A program made the translations under genes and the position numbers. The notes below the pieces were generated by a model that had not been told where the DNA came from, searched no databases, and saw nothing but the letters and a program-made list of their open reading frames with translations. From Oscillospiraceae bacterium (lineage in GTDB: Bacteria; Bacillota; Clostridia; Oscillospirales; Oscillospiraceae), in contig JAFTGD010000065.1 in NCBI GenBank assembly GCA_017458065.1, forward strand, positions 17,957 through 81,956: a stretch of 64,000 nt of DNA, in the 5' to 3' direction. Shown piece after piece: positions 29,309 to 39,963 of this stretch. Every line of letters begins with the position of its first letter. Positions within the stretch are counted from its first letter, which is position 1.

Positions 29309-30220
29309 ATGTTATCTGTGATTTTGCCCTCGTACAACGAGGAGAAGATGATCCCCGTCGCGGCCGCGACCCTCACTGAGATCCTGGACGGGGCGGCGAT
29401 CCCCTTCGAGCTGCTGTTTGTCAACGACGGTTCACGCGACGGCACCTGGGCGGAGATCTGCGCAGCGCGCGAGCGGGACCCGCGGGTCTGCGGGGTGTGT
29501 TTCAGCCGCAACTTCGGCAAGGAGGCAGCGATGTTTGCAGGGCTTGAGAAGGCCAAAGGTGACTGCTGTGTGGTCATCGACTGCGACCTGCAGCACCCGC
29601 CTGAAAAGATCGTGGAGATGTACCGGCTCTGGGAACAGGGCTACGAGGTCGTCGAGGGCATCAAGCACGACCGCGGTCAGGAGAGCGGTTTCCACCGCTT
29701 CGCGGCGAACAGCTTCTACGGGCTGATCAGCCGGGCGACCGGAATCGACATGGCCTCCTCCTCCGACTTCAAGCTGCTGGACCGGAAGGTCGTGGACACG
29801 CTGAACGCCATGCCGGAGCGGAACGTCTTTTTCCGGGCGCTGAGCTTCTGGGTGGGCTTTAAGAAAACCGAAGTGACCTACGACGTGCGGGAGCGCACCG
29901 TCGGCGAGAGCAAGTGGTCCACCAGGTCCCTGATCCGGTACGCCATCACGAACATCGGGTCCTTCTCTTCGCTGCCGCTGCATCTGGTGACGGTGATGGG
30001 CATCATCACGCTGGTGATCTCGATCGTGTTCTCCATTGTCGCGCTGGTGCAGAAGCTGACGGGCGTGGCGCTCGGCGGCTTCACGACGGTGATTATTCTG
30101 CTGCTGTTCATCGGCAGCCTGGTCATGATTTCGCTTGGGATCATCGGCTACTACATCGCCCGCATCTATGACGAGATCAAGGGCAGACCCAGATATATTA
30201 TCGAGGAGTATCGAGGATGA
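29309..30220 (+). CDS. polyprenol-phosphate glycosyltransferase (GtrB/CsbB/ArnC-like GT2)
   Basis: 303 aa with VILPSYNEE, LFVNDGSRDGT, VIDCDLQHPPE and two C-terminal TM helices. Confidence 0.9.
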   Translation: MLSVILPSYNEEKMIPVAAATLTEILDGAAIPFELLFVNDGSRDGTWAEICAARERDPRVCGVCFSRNFGKEAAMFAGLEKAKGDCCVVIDCDLQHPPEKIVEMYRLWEQGYEVVEGIKHDRGQESGFHRFAANSFYGLISRATGIDMASSSDFKLLDRKVVDTLNAMPERNVFFRALSFWVGFKKTEVTYDVRERTVGESKWSTRSLIRYAITNIGSFSSLPLHLVTVMGIITLVISIVFSIVALVQKLTGVALGGFTTVIILLLFIGSLVMISLGIIGYYIARIYDEIKGRPRYIIEEYRG

Positions 30221-30654
30221 CAGACAAGATCAGAGCGCTGTGTATCAAACACAGAGAGATTATCGTATACCTGATCGTCGGCGTGCTGACGACGATTTTT
30301 GCCTGGGGGGTGAAGTTCCTCTGGAACATCATCTTCTACGCCGGGACGGCACACCCGCTGCCGGTGCAGACCACCATCCTGACCATCGTGGAGTTCGTGG
30401 CCGGCGTGGCCTTTGCCTATCCGACCAACCGCAAGTGGGTCTTCCGGAGCACCAATCCCAACATCCTCAAAGAAGCGACGGGCTTCGTAGCCGCGCGTCT
30501 GGCCACCCTCGGGATCCAGATGCTGCTGAACCTGGTGCTTATCAACGTGCTGGGGATGAACTTCTACATCGCGACGGTGCTTATCTCGGTAGTGGTTGTC
30601 GTCAGCAACTATGTCTTCTCCAAACTGCTGGTCTTCCGGAAGAAGGCGGAGTAG
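30217..30654 (+). CDS. GtrA-family membrane protein
   Basis: 145 aa with 4 TM segments and a GtrA-like pattern (YLIVGVLTTIFAWGVKF..., YPTNRKWVFRS). ATGA overlap with gtrB. Confidence 0.85.
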   Translation: MTDKIRALCIKHREIIVYLIVGVLTTIFAWGVKFLWNIIFYAGTAHPLPVQTTILTIVEFVAGVAFAYPTNRKWVFRSTNPNILKEATGFVAARLATLGIQMLLNLVLINVLGMNFYIATVLISVVVVVSNYVFSKLLVFRKKAE

Positions 30655-30657
30655 GCG

Positions 30658-31728
30658 GTGAGGAGACATTCGAAAACCGCTTCTGCAGCCCGGGAAGCAG
30701 CTTCCTCCCGTTCCGGGACCGGGCGCCGGCAGGCCGCGCTGAGGCGCATTGCCGTCCTCTGTGCGACCGCCCTTCTCGCGGCCGGGCTCTCAGGCTGCCG
30801 CATGGGCGGTCAGGACATGACGCTCTCCGAGTGGATCGAGGTCCTCGAGAACTGGCGTCTGCCCGGGCTGCGGGAGGATCCGCCGCCCACCCAGGCGCTT
30901 CCGGACGCAGGTGCGGAGGGGATGAGCGCCGAGGAGGCCGAGGCCATGCTCGCGGAGGCGGAAGCCCTCGCCGAAGCGCAGGCGGAACGGCTGCGCCGGG
31001 TGCAGGCTTCACTGCTCGGCGAGTGGTCCGAGCTCTCGGACCATCTGCCGCTGTTCCGGCCGATCGTTTCCTGGTACGGCAACCTGAAGCTGAAAGAGGA
31101 CGGCAGCTACACCAGCGGAACGACCTCCGGCACCTGGGAGCTGGACGAGACCGGGAGCGAGCTGATCCTGCGCGGCACACGCGGCAGGACCGTCGCTCAG
31201 ATCGTGGAGGACGGGAAGTATCTGAAGCTCTGCGTGCCGGAGCTGCGGCTGAACTTCCTGCGGAAGGACGAGCTGAAGGACTTTATCGACGAGCGTTTTG
31301 TCTCGGTGCGAATCAGCAAGGACAATGTTGAGGACTATCTCGCAAAGCCGGTCAACATCGGCGTGATCCTGGATGAGAAGGACCGCCCTACCAAGGAGAG
31401 CGCATGGGTGGTCGGAAGCAATGTGTTTCCGGAGGGGCTGGTGTATTACGGGCGCAGCGAGGACTTCTCGGTCACGCTGCAGAACAACGCCACCGGCAGC
31501 CGAAGCTTCTCCATCCCCTATGACACTCTGCCGCTCGTCACCGGGGCAACATTCGGCCACTTCACCGAGGCGAAGGGCACGCTCGTGTTTATCCGGGCAG
31601 AATATGTGGCGGAGAACCGCATGACCGATGCACGGACGCGGATGCTGACTTTCACCGACGGGACGACGCACACCACGTCCCTGACCTGGTACTCCGATCT
31701 TGCGAACTACGCCGACTGGGCGTTTTGA
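30658..31728 (+). CDS. putative lipoprotein of unknown function
   Basis: 356 aa. GTG start 3 nt after the gtrA stop. Signal peptide with lipobox (LLAAGLSGC), an Ala/Glu-rich linker, then a beta-rich-looking domain. Confidence 0.6.
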   Translation: MRRHSKTASAAREAASSRSGTGRRQAALRRIAVLCATALLAAGLSGCRMGGQDMTLSEWIEVLENWRLPGLREDPPPTQALPDAGAEGMSAEEAEAMLAEAEALAEAQAERLRRVQASLLGEWSELSDHLPLFRPIVSWYGNLKLKEDGSYTSGTTSGTWELDETGSELILRGTRGRTVAQIVEDGKYLKLCVPELRLNFLRKDELKDFIDERFVSVRISKDNVEDYLAKPVNIGVILDEKDRPTKESAWVVGSNVFPEGLVYYGRSEDFSVTLQNNATGSRSFSIPYDTLPLVTGATFGHFTEAKGTLVFIRAEYVAENRMTDARTRMLTFTDGTTHTTSLTWYSDLANYADWAF

Positions 31729-31749
31729 TCTTTCATTATGACTGACAAA

Positions 31750-31777
31750 GCAGGGGCTGCCGACCGGCAGCCCCTGC
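31750..31777. terminator. bidirectional intrinsic terminator between the lipoprotein gene and dnaJ
   Basis: A perfect 12-bp stem pairs GCAGGGGCTGCC with GGCAGCCCCTGC around loop GACC. It is flanked by A-rich sequence upstream and TGTATTTG downstream, between convergent genes. Confidence 0.8.
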
Positions 31778-31805
31778 TGTATTTGTGCGGTATCACACTC
31801 GGGTT

Positions 31806-32939
31806 TTATTTCTTTTTCTTGCCGAAGATGCCGGAGGACTTGCTGTGCTCCTCGCCCATGGTGGAGGCGAAGGCGCGCAGGGCCTCCTTCTGTGCGGCGT
31901 TCAGGTTCTTCGGCACGGTGACGTTGACCGAGACGAACTGGTCGCCCCTGCCGCTGCCGCGCAGATACGGGATGCCCTTCCCGCGGAGGCGGAACACCGC
32001 ACCAGGCTGCGTCCCCTCCGGGATGGTGAGCTTCACCTTGCCGTCGAGGGTCGGCACTTCAACCTCGGCGCCGAGGGCCGCCTGCGCATAGCTGATCTCC
32101 TGCTCCATCAGGACCGAGGTCCCGTCGCGCTCAAAGATCGCGTGCGGGCGGACGATCACACTGATCAGCAGATCGCCGGCCGGGCCGCCGTTTGCCCCGG
32201 CGTTGCCGTAGCCCTGACGGGAGATGGTCTGTCCGTCGTCGATGCCGGCGGGGACCTTGACGGTCATCTTCTTGGCCCGGCGGACGCTGCCCATGCCGCG
32301 GCAGGTCTTGCAGGGCTGGTGGATGATCTTGCCGGTACCGCGGCACTTGGAGCACGGGCTCATGGTCTGCGCCATGCCAAAGGGGGTTCGCTGTGTGGTG
32401 CGGACCTGTCCGGTGCCCTTACAGTCCGGGCAGACCTCGGGAGTGGTCCCGGGGGCACAGCCGGTGCCCCCGCAGTCCGTGCACTGTTCCACACGGGGGA
32501 TGTTCAGCTCCTTCTCACAACCGAAGGCCGCCTCCTCAAAGCTGATGTTCAGCTGGGTGCGGACATTGTCGCCGCGGCGCGGCGCGTTGGGATTGGCGCT
32601 ACGCGTGCTGCCGCCAAAGCCGAAGATATCCCCGAAGCTGGAGAACAGGTCGCTGAAGTCGCCAAAGCCGCCGCCAAAGCCCTCGAACCCGCCGCCGTAA
32701 CCGGCGTTCGGATCAAAGGCCGCGTGGCCGAACTGGTCGTACTTCTTGCGCTTTTCCTCGTCGGAGAGGACCTCATAGGCCTCGTTGGCCTCCTTGAAGC
32801 GCTCCTCGCAGGCCTTGTCCCCGGGGTGCAGATCCGGATGGTTTGCCTTCGTCACCTTGCGATATGCTTTTTTGATCTCATCTGCCGTGGCGTCCTTCTT
32901 GACGCCAAGCACTTCATAGTAATCTCTTTTTTCTGCCAT
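31806..32939 (-). CDS. dnaJ: molecular chaperone DnaJ
   Basis: MAEKRDYYEVLGV J-domain with HPD, a G/F region and four CxxCxGxG zinc-finger repeats. ATG 32939 has GGAG 7 nt upstream. Confidence 0.97.
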   Translation of the reverse strand: MAEKRDYYEVLGVKKDATADEIKKAYRKVTKANHPDLHPGDKACEERFKEANEAYEVLSDEEKRKKYDQFGHAAFDPNAGYGGGFEGFGGGFGDFSDLFSSFGDIFGFGGSTRSANPNAPRRGDNVRTQLNISFEEAAFGCEKELNIPRVEQCTDCGGTGCAPGTTPEVCPDCKGTGQVRTTQRTPFGMAQTMSPCSKCRGTGKIIHQPCKTCRGMGSVRRAKKMTVKVPAGIDDGQTISRQGYGNAGANGGPAGDLLISVIVRPHAIFERDGTSVLMEQEISYAQAALGAEVEVPTLDGKVKLTIPEGTQPGAVFRLRGKGIPYLRGSGRGDQFVSVNVTVPKNLNAAQKEALRAFASTMGEEHSKSSGIFGKKKK

Positions 32940-33049
32940 TCTGTACTCCGAAAACATCCTGTTTTACGCACCAACGAGGCGAGGATATTTCCCCGCCTCC
33001 CTGGTATGATGGAATCCGCTCTGTGAATGTGGGGCCTTGCGCAGACCTC

Positions 33050-34900
<1,851 letters not shown>

Positions 34901-35004
34901 TTTAAAATCCTCCTGTATAAAAAGATAAGTTTTTACAAAATTGAAAGTGTTTTATCTATAAACGGAGCATGCTCCGGTTATATGCGTTTGTCTGCGGTTT
35001 CCGC

Positions 35005-35652
35005 TCAGTTGGCCACCTTGACCATCGCGAAGCGGATCACCTTGTCGCCGAGCTTGAATCCCTTCTGGAAGACCTCGACGATCTCGTTCTCGCCCTTTTC
35101 CTCATCGTCCACATGCATGACGGCGTTGTGCATCTCGGGGTCGAACTTCTCTCCCAGGCACTCGATCTCTTTGACCCCCAGCTTCTCCAGCGTGGTGCAG
35201 AACTGGGTCATGATCATCTCGACGCCTTTCTTATAGGCCTCGTCCTCGGTGCTCTGCTTGAGTGCGCGCTCGAGGTTGTCGTAAACCGGGAGGAACTGGG
35301 ACACCGCGTTTGCCTTGATGTCGCCGTAGATGGCATCCTTCTCCTTCTGGCTGCGGCGGCGGAAGTTGTCGTACTCGGCGCAGATGCGCAGGAACTTGTC
35401 GTTCAGCTCCGCCTTTTCTTTCTCCAGGGCTTCGATCTTTTCCTCTTCCCTGGAGGGCTTTTTGCCGAATCTGCGTTTTTCCTTTTTCTCCGGTTCCTTC
35501 GCTTCTTCTGCATCCTTCACGTCAGAAGAGGCTTCCGATTCCTTTTCCGCTTCCGGTGTCGTCGCTTCGGGCTGCTGTTCGGCCGCTTCTTCCGGAGTCT
35601 GCGTTTCCGGCGTCTCCTGCTCCGGTATCACATCGTTCTTCTCATCGTTCAT
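35005..35652 (-). CDS. grpE: nucleotide exchange factor GrpE
   Basis: 215 aa with an acidic N-terminus, the GrpE core (AEYDNFRRRSQKE, GFKLGDKVIRFAMVKV) and the expected operon position. Confidence 0.95.
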   Translation of the reverse strand: MNDEKNDVIPEQETPETQTPEEAAEQQPEATTPEAEKESEASSDVKDAEEAKEPEKKEKRRFGKKPSREEEKIEALEKEKAELNDKFLRICAEYDNFRRRSQKEKDAIYGDIKANAVSQFLPVYDNLERALKQSTEDEAYKKGVEMIMTQFCTTLEKLGVKEIECLGEKFDPEMHNAVMHVDDEEKGENEIVEVFQKGFKLGDKVIRFAMVKVAN

Positions 35653-36740
35653 TTGTCTCTATCCTCGCTCTTCTTGATTATCAGCTTGTTGTGCATGCCC
35701 TCGGGCGGCGCGTCCCCGCTTCCGAGGCGTCTGGAGAGCCCCGCCGCCAGGAAGCGCAGCTTGGAGGCGACCGCGGAATAATCCATCCTCGTCGGGCCCA
35801 CAATGCCGATCAGGCCGCGGGTGTTGTCCCCGGCGTCGTAGCTTGCGATCACCACGCTCGAATCCTTCAGCTCCTCGGCGATGTTCTCCGGGCCGATCAG
35901 CACACGGACCTCGCTGCTGTCGGTGAGGTCGCCCTCCGCGGGCGGGAGAATATATCCGCCGCCGGACAGATAGCTCATCAGGCGGTGGGCTTTGTCCGGA
36001 TCCCGGAACTCCGGCTGGTTCAGCAGCCGGTTCTCGCCCGAGACGAAGGCGGTGGGCGCTGCGGCCTCGGACAGGGTCTCGATCGCGAAAGCGGCGATCA
36101 CCGAGGTAAGACCCATGCTGTCATCCGCAGCCCGCTCGGTGGAGCGGATCAGCAGAGGGGTGATCTGGTCTTCCGTGATGCCGGTAAAGCCCGAGTTGAA
36201 CAGGGCGCTCAGCCGCTGTACCATCATCTGGTCCACCGAGACCGGCAGATGGACGAGCTTGGACTTCACGGAGTTGTTGGAGAGCATCAGCACGATAATG
36301 AAGGTGTTGGCGTCCACATAGATCAGGTCAACACGCTTGATCGTCATCGGGGAAGCCGCCGTCAGCGCCAGCGCCGGGTAGTCCGTCAGTTGGGAGGCCA
36401 GCCTGCTGATGCTGCTGATGGTGTCGTCCAGCTCCTGCAGCTTGGTATTGAGGCGGCGGTTGAGTTCCTCCGTCTCTTCCAGAGAGTACTTCTGCTGCTG
36501 CATCAGCTCGTTGACATACATGCGGTAGCCCATCGGGGTCGGGACGCGGCCCGCGGAAGTGTGGGGCTGTTCCAGATAGCCCAGGGCGACCAGCTCCGCA
36601 AGCTCATTGCGGATCGTAGCGGAAGAGCAGCCGAGCCCTGCGTTCTCCGCCAGATGCTTGCTGCCGACCGGCTCGGCCGTGCGGATGTACTCATCCACGA
36701 CCGCTGCCAGGATTTTCTTTTTTCTTTCGCTGATGCTCAT
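35649..36740 (-). CDS. hrcA: heat-inducible transcription repressor HrcA
   Basis: MSISERKKKILAAVVDEYIRTAEPVGSKHL is the typical HrcA N-terminus. ATG 36740 lies directly downstream of CIRCE, and the longer track ORF would include the operator. Confidence 0.93.
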   Translation of the reverse strand: MSISERKKKILAAVVDEYIRTAEPVGSKHLAENAGLGCSSATIRNELAELVALGYLEQPHTSAGRVPTPMGYRMYVNELMQQQKYSLEETEELNRRLNTKLQELDDTISSISRLASQLTDYPALALTAASPMTIKRVDLIYVDANTFIIVLMLSNNSVKSKLVHLPVSVDQMMVQRLSALFNSGFTGITEDQITPLLIRSTERAADDSMGLTSVIAAFAIETLSEAAAPTAFVSGENRLLNQPEFRDPDKAHRLMSYLSGGGYILPPAEGDLTDSSEVRVLIGPENIAEELKDSSVVIASYDAGDNTRGLIGIVGPTRMDYSAVASKLRFLAAGLSRRLGSGDAPPEGMHNKLIIKKSEDRDK

Positions 36741-36764
36741 CTTAGCACTCACCTTGCAGGACTG

Positions 36765-36791
36765 TTGGCACTCTCTCTTTTCGAGTGCTAA
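36765..36791 (-). promoter_or_regulatory. CIRCE operator (HrcA binding site)
   Basis: The minus strand reads TTAGCACTC-GAAAAGAGA-GAGTGCCAA, one mismatch from the consensus TTAGCACTC-N9-GAGTGCTAA. A third perfect half-site GAGTGCTAA lies at 36742-36750. Confidence 0.9.
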
Positions 36792-36818
36792 TATACCATG
36801 AATGCCTGCTCTTGTCAA
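36790..36818 (-). promoter_or_regulatory. sigma-A-type promoter of the hrcA-grpE-dnaK-dnaJ operon
   Basis: The minus strand reads TTGACA (36818-36813), a 17-nt spacer, then TATATT (36795-36790). The -10 runs directly into CIRCE. Confidence 0.65.
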
Positions 36819-36951
36819 GCGTCTGGGAACCGGTTTCCGGAGAATTCACATTTTTGTCATGAATCCCTTTTTCCCGTTGGATCGTTCTTTCTTATCATCT
36901 CTGTTTCCGTGTTTTTTGCTATCTATGCACAAAAAAACTTTCGCAATTTTG

Positions 36952-36980
36952 TTTACAAATGACAAACAAGGGAGTAGAAT
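36952..36980 (+). promoter_or_regulatory. candidate promoter of the marR-MFS unit
   Basis: TTTACA, a 17-nt spacer, then TAGAAT, about 38 nt upstream of ATG 37018. It overlaps a TTTGT-TT-ACAAA mini-palindrome. Confidence 0.45.
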
Positions 36981-37017
36981 AAGACCATCATTTTTCATAC
37001 AATGGGTGGGGTTGCAT

Positions 37018-37479
37018 ATGGTTGAGGAAAGCTTTAAATCCGTATTTGACAAATTCAAGTTCCAGTTCTTCCGCAAGATCTTTGAGTCCGTGCGTGAGCG
37101 CGACGGGTCGCTCTCGGCGATGGAGGCCTTCTCGCTGGAGATCATTGAGCTGCTGGATGCGCCGACCATCGGCGAGTTTGCAGACTTTCTGAACATCTCG
37201 CAGTCCAACGCCACCTACAAGGTCAACAGCCTCATGCGCAAGGGCTATCTGGAACGGCAGAATTCTGAGACCGACCGGAGGGAGTATCACCTGGTCCTTT
37301 CGGAGAAGTTCCACAACTACATGTCGCTGCTGACCTCCTATGAGGATACTGTTCTGGGGAGGATCCAGGCGCGCTTCACCCCGGAGGAGCTTGAAGTGTT
37401 TGACCGGATGATGACGACGATATCGGATGAGCTCATGCCGGAGTGCGATGTGCTCGCCGGCAGCAAAAAGAAGGACTGA
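37018..37479 (+). CDS. MarR-family transcriptional regulator
   Basis: The 153-aa product from ATG 37018 has a winged-helix segment (IGEFADFLNISQSNATYKVNSLMRKGYLERQNSETDRREYHLVLSEK). The longer track ORF (from 36802) lacks coding character upstream. Confidence 0.8.
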   Translation: MVEESFKSVFDKFKFQFFRKIFESVRERDGSLSAMEAFSLEIIELLDAPTIGEFADFLNISQSNATYKVNSLMRKGYLERQNSETDRREYHLVLSEKFHNYMSLLTSYEDTVLGRIQARFTPEELEVFDRMMTTISDELMPECDVLAGSKKKD

Positions 37480-37493
37480 GAGGGACCTGACCC

Positions 37494-38939
37494 ATGGACC
37501 ACACTCTTGAAACCCCTGTGACACTGAAGCTTAACTATAAGCGCACGGCCCTGATCGGCTTTGCCTTCTTCGGCATCCTGCTGCTGTGGCAGGTGTACGA
37601 CTCCTGGTGCCCGACCTTTCTGACGGACATCTTTGCGCGGAACATCTATGACATGTCCTCCGCCGAGCTGAAGGCCAGCGACCCGGCAAAAATCCTGAAC
37701 GTGCAGTGGATCGTCGGCATCATCATGGCCTGCGACAACCTGGCGGCGCTGATCCTGCTGCCGGTCTTCGGCAACCTCTCGGACCGGACCGACACCCCGA
37801 TCGGAAAACGCATGCCCTTTATCCTGGTCGGGACCTTTGTCTCTGCGGTTGCCTTCCCCTTTATCCCGCTTTTCTTCCACTATAACAACGTGGTCGGGAT
37901 GGTCATCGCGATGGCGGTTGTGCTGCTCTTCATGATGATGTACCGCAATCCGGCGGTCGCCCTCATGCCGGACATCACGCCAAAGCCCCTGCGCGCCAAG
38001 GCAAACGGCATCATCAACATCATGGGCTATTTCGGCGGCGCCTTTGCGACGGTGCTCGGCATCTTCCTGGTGCTCAGCAGCTACATCAACGCCCCGGTCG
38101 CAGAGCGCAACCTCTGGACCATCGAGCTGCCCTTCATCATCGCCTCGGTCTTGATGGTCATCTCGGCGCTCGTCCTCTTCGCCACCATCAAGGAGAAGAA
38201 GATCGAGGCCGAGATCCATGACGAGCTGGAGCTGGGCGAGCGCCTCGCCGCGGTGGAAACGCCCATCGACGACGACAAGCCCATGTCCCGGGCAAACCGC
38301 AGAATGCTCCTCGCGATCCTGGGGGCGGAATTCCTCTGGTTCATGTCCGACAATGCGCTGGGCACCTATATCGGCAACTATGTCATCTATCATCTGCAGT
38401 CCGCCTCCAGCGCGACCATGATCCTGACGATCCTGGGCGGGCTCGCTTCGGTCATCGGCTTTGCCATCGCCGGCGGGATCGCGGATAAGATCGGCCGCAA
38501 GTGGACCATCTCCACGGGGCTTGCGATCACCTTTGCAGGGCTGGTGGTCATGTGCTTTGTGACGCCGACCGGCCGCGCCGTCGGGGAGCGCGGGGAATTT
38601 GCCTTCCCGACACTGCTCTACGCCGTGTGGGTTCTGAAAGGCTTTGGCATGGCGCTGGTGCACAACTGCTCCTTCCCGATGGTGGTAGAGCTCTGCTCTT
38701 CCAAAAAGATCGGCAAGTTCACGGGGTTCTATTACGCCGCCAGCATGTCCGCCCAGACCGTCACCCCGGTGCTGCTGGGTCTGGTCCTGAACGCAACGCT
38801 CGCCTGGCGCACGTTGCCGGTCTATGCGGCGATCCTCACCGCCTGCAGCTTTGCGGTGTTCACCCTGCTCGTCAAAAACATCCGGGCCTCCAGGGTGGCC
38901 AACGTTACCGGCATCGAAGCCCTCGATATCGACGACTGA
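37494..38939 (+). CDS. MFS transporter
   Basis: 481 aa with about 12 TM segments and a GNLSDR-type loop motif (FGNLSDRTDTPIGKRMPF), typical of MFS/GPH-like sugar carriers. Confidence 0.8.
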   Translation: MDHTLETPVTLKLNYKRTALIGFAFFGILLLWQVYDSWCPTFLTDIFARNIYDMSSAELKASDPAKILNVQWIVGIIMACDNLAALILLPVFGNLSDRTDTPIGKRMPFILVGTFVSAVAFPFIPLFFHYNNVVGMVIAMAVVLLFMMMYRNPAVALMPDITPKPLRAKANGIINIMGYFGGAFATVLGIFLVLSSYINAPVAERNLWTIELPFIIASVLMVISALVLFATIKEKKIEAEIHDELELGERLAAVETPIDDDKPMSRANRRMLLAILGAEFLWFMSDNALGTYIGNYVIYHLQSASSATMILTILGGLASVIGFAIAGGIADKIGRKWTISTGLAITFAGLVVMCFVTPTGRAVGERGEFAFPTLLYAVWVLKGFGMALVHNCSFPMVVELCSSKKIGKFTGFYYAASMSAQTVTPVLLGLVLNATLAWRTLPVYAAILTACSFAVFTLLVKNIRASRVANVTGIEALDIDD

Positions 38940-39003
38940 CCCGCCTGTCCCGCACTATTCCGCTGTTAATACTCATTACTGTTGATATTGGATAAGGAGA
39001 ACT

Positions 39004-39831
39004 ATGGATAAGAAGTATCTGAAACCCTGTCTGACCGCCGCGCTTGCCCTCGCAGCCGTCCCCGTCTATGCCGTCGCCCCCGGGCATATCAGCCGCCGCC
39101 AGCGGTCCATCTTCCGCGGGGTCAACTACGCGCACCGCGGGCTCCATACCCGGGATAAGGTGATCCCGGAGAACTCGCTGCCCGCGTTCCGGCAGGCAGC
39201 CAAAGAGGGCTACGGCATCGAGCTGGATGTCCAGCTCTCCAAAGACGGCGAGGTCGTCGTCTTCCACGACGACACGCTGGACCGCGTCTGCGGCGTCCAC
39301 GCGCGGGTCGACGACCTGACCTATGCCGAGCTCTCGCAGCTCCGCCTTTGCGGCACCGACGAGGAGATCCCGCTGTTTGAGGATGTGCTGAAGTCCATCC
39401 GCGGCTGCGAAGCCCTGATCGTCGAGCTGAAAAACGGCCCCCGCAACCGGGAGTTGTGCGAGAAGACCAAGGCCCTGCTGGAGAGTTACCACGGCAATGT
39501 CTGCATCGAGAGCTTCAACCCCTTGATCGTCGCATGGTTCCGTGTGCACGCGCCGGAGCTGGTGCGCGGGCAGCTTGCGACAAGCCTGCAGAATTATGCC
39601 GACGACGGGATCCGGGGCTTCAAGGCCTTTGTCCTGCACAACACCATGCTGAACTTTTTGGCGCGGCCGCAGTTTATTGCGTACCGCATCGGCTACCGGC
39701 CTCCCCTTGTCCGGCTTGCCACGGCGCTCGGCGCGATGAACATCGGCTGGACCTCCCACGAGCCCAGAAACGAACACAAGCGCGACGCGGTGATCTTCGA
39801 GTTCTACCGTCCGCGTCAGCGGTACCAATAA
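39004..39831 (+). CDS. glycerophosphodiester phosphodiesterase family protein (membrane-anchored or secreted)
   Basis: 275 aa with an N-terminal hydrophobic segment and the GDPD motifs AHRG..ENSLPAF and GIELDVQLSKDGEVVVFHDDTLDR. Confidence 0.85.
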   Translation: MDKKYLKPCLTAALALAAVPVYAVAPGHISRRQRSIFRGVNYAHRGLHTRDKVIPENSLPAFRQAAKEGYGIELDVQLSKDGEVVVFHDDTLDRVCGVHARVDDLTYAELSQLRLCGTDEEIPLFEDVLKSIRGCEALIVELKNGPRNRELCEKTKALLESYHGNVCIESFNPLIVAWFRVHAPELVRGQLATSLQNYADDGIRGFKAFVLHNTMLNFLARPQFIAYRIGYRPPLVRLATALGAMNIGWTSHEPRNEHKRDAVIFEFYRPRQRYQ

Positions 39832-39842
39832 GGACCTTTCGC

Positions 39843-39932
39843 CTCCCTGCGCTGTCTTCCGCCGCGGATTTTCCATATGGGATATGGAAAGTTTGCGCCT
39901 TTGGACGCCGCGCAGGGAGCGTTCTGGTTTTT
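39843..39932 (+). terminator. long nested hairpin plus T6 run downstream of the GDPD gene
   Basis: The outer 10-bp stem is CTCCCTGCGC (39843-39852) with GCGCAGGGAG (39910-39919). The inner 9-bp stem is TTTCCATAT (39870-39878) with ATATGGAAA (39882-39890) and extends further by imperfect pairing. TTTTTT lies at 39927-39932. Confidence 0.45.
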
Positions 39933-39963
39933 TAGCGCACTCTTTACCCCCTCCTATGATATA

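Noticed and set aside
37338-38663. 441-aa minus-strand ORF
   Set aside because: It is antisense to the MFS transporter. It is Arg/Asp/His/Gly-rich with no TM or enzyme pattern.
39877-39963. Longer N-terminus for the histidine kinase (track start 39877)
   Set aside because: This stretch coincides with the nested hairpin, the T6 run and a TATAAT-like box at about 39958. The encoded peptide (MGYGKFAPLDAAQGAFWFFSALF...) has no kinase-family feature.
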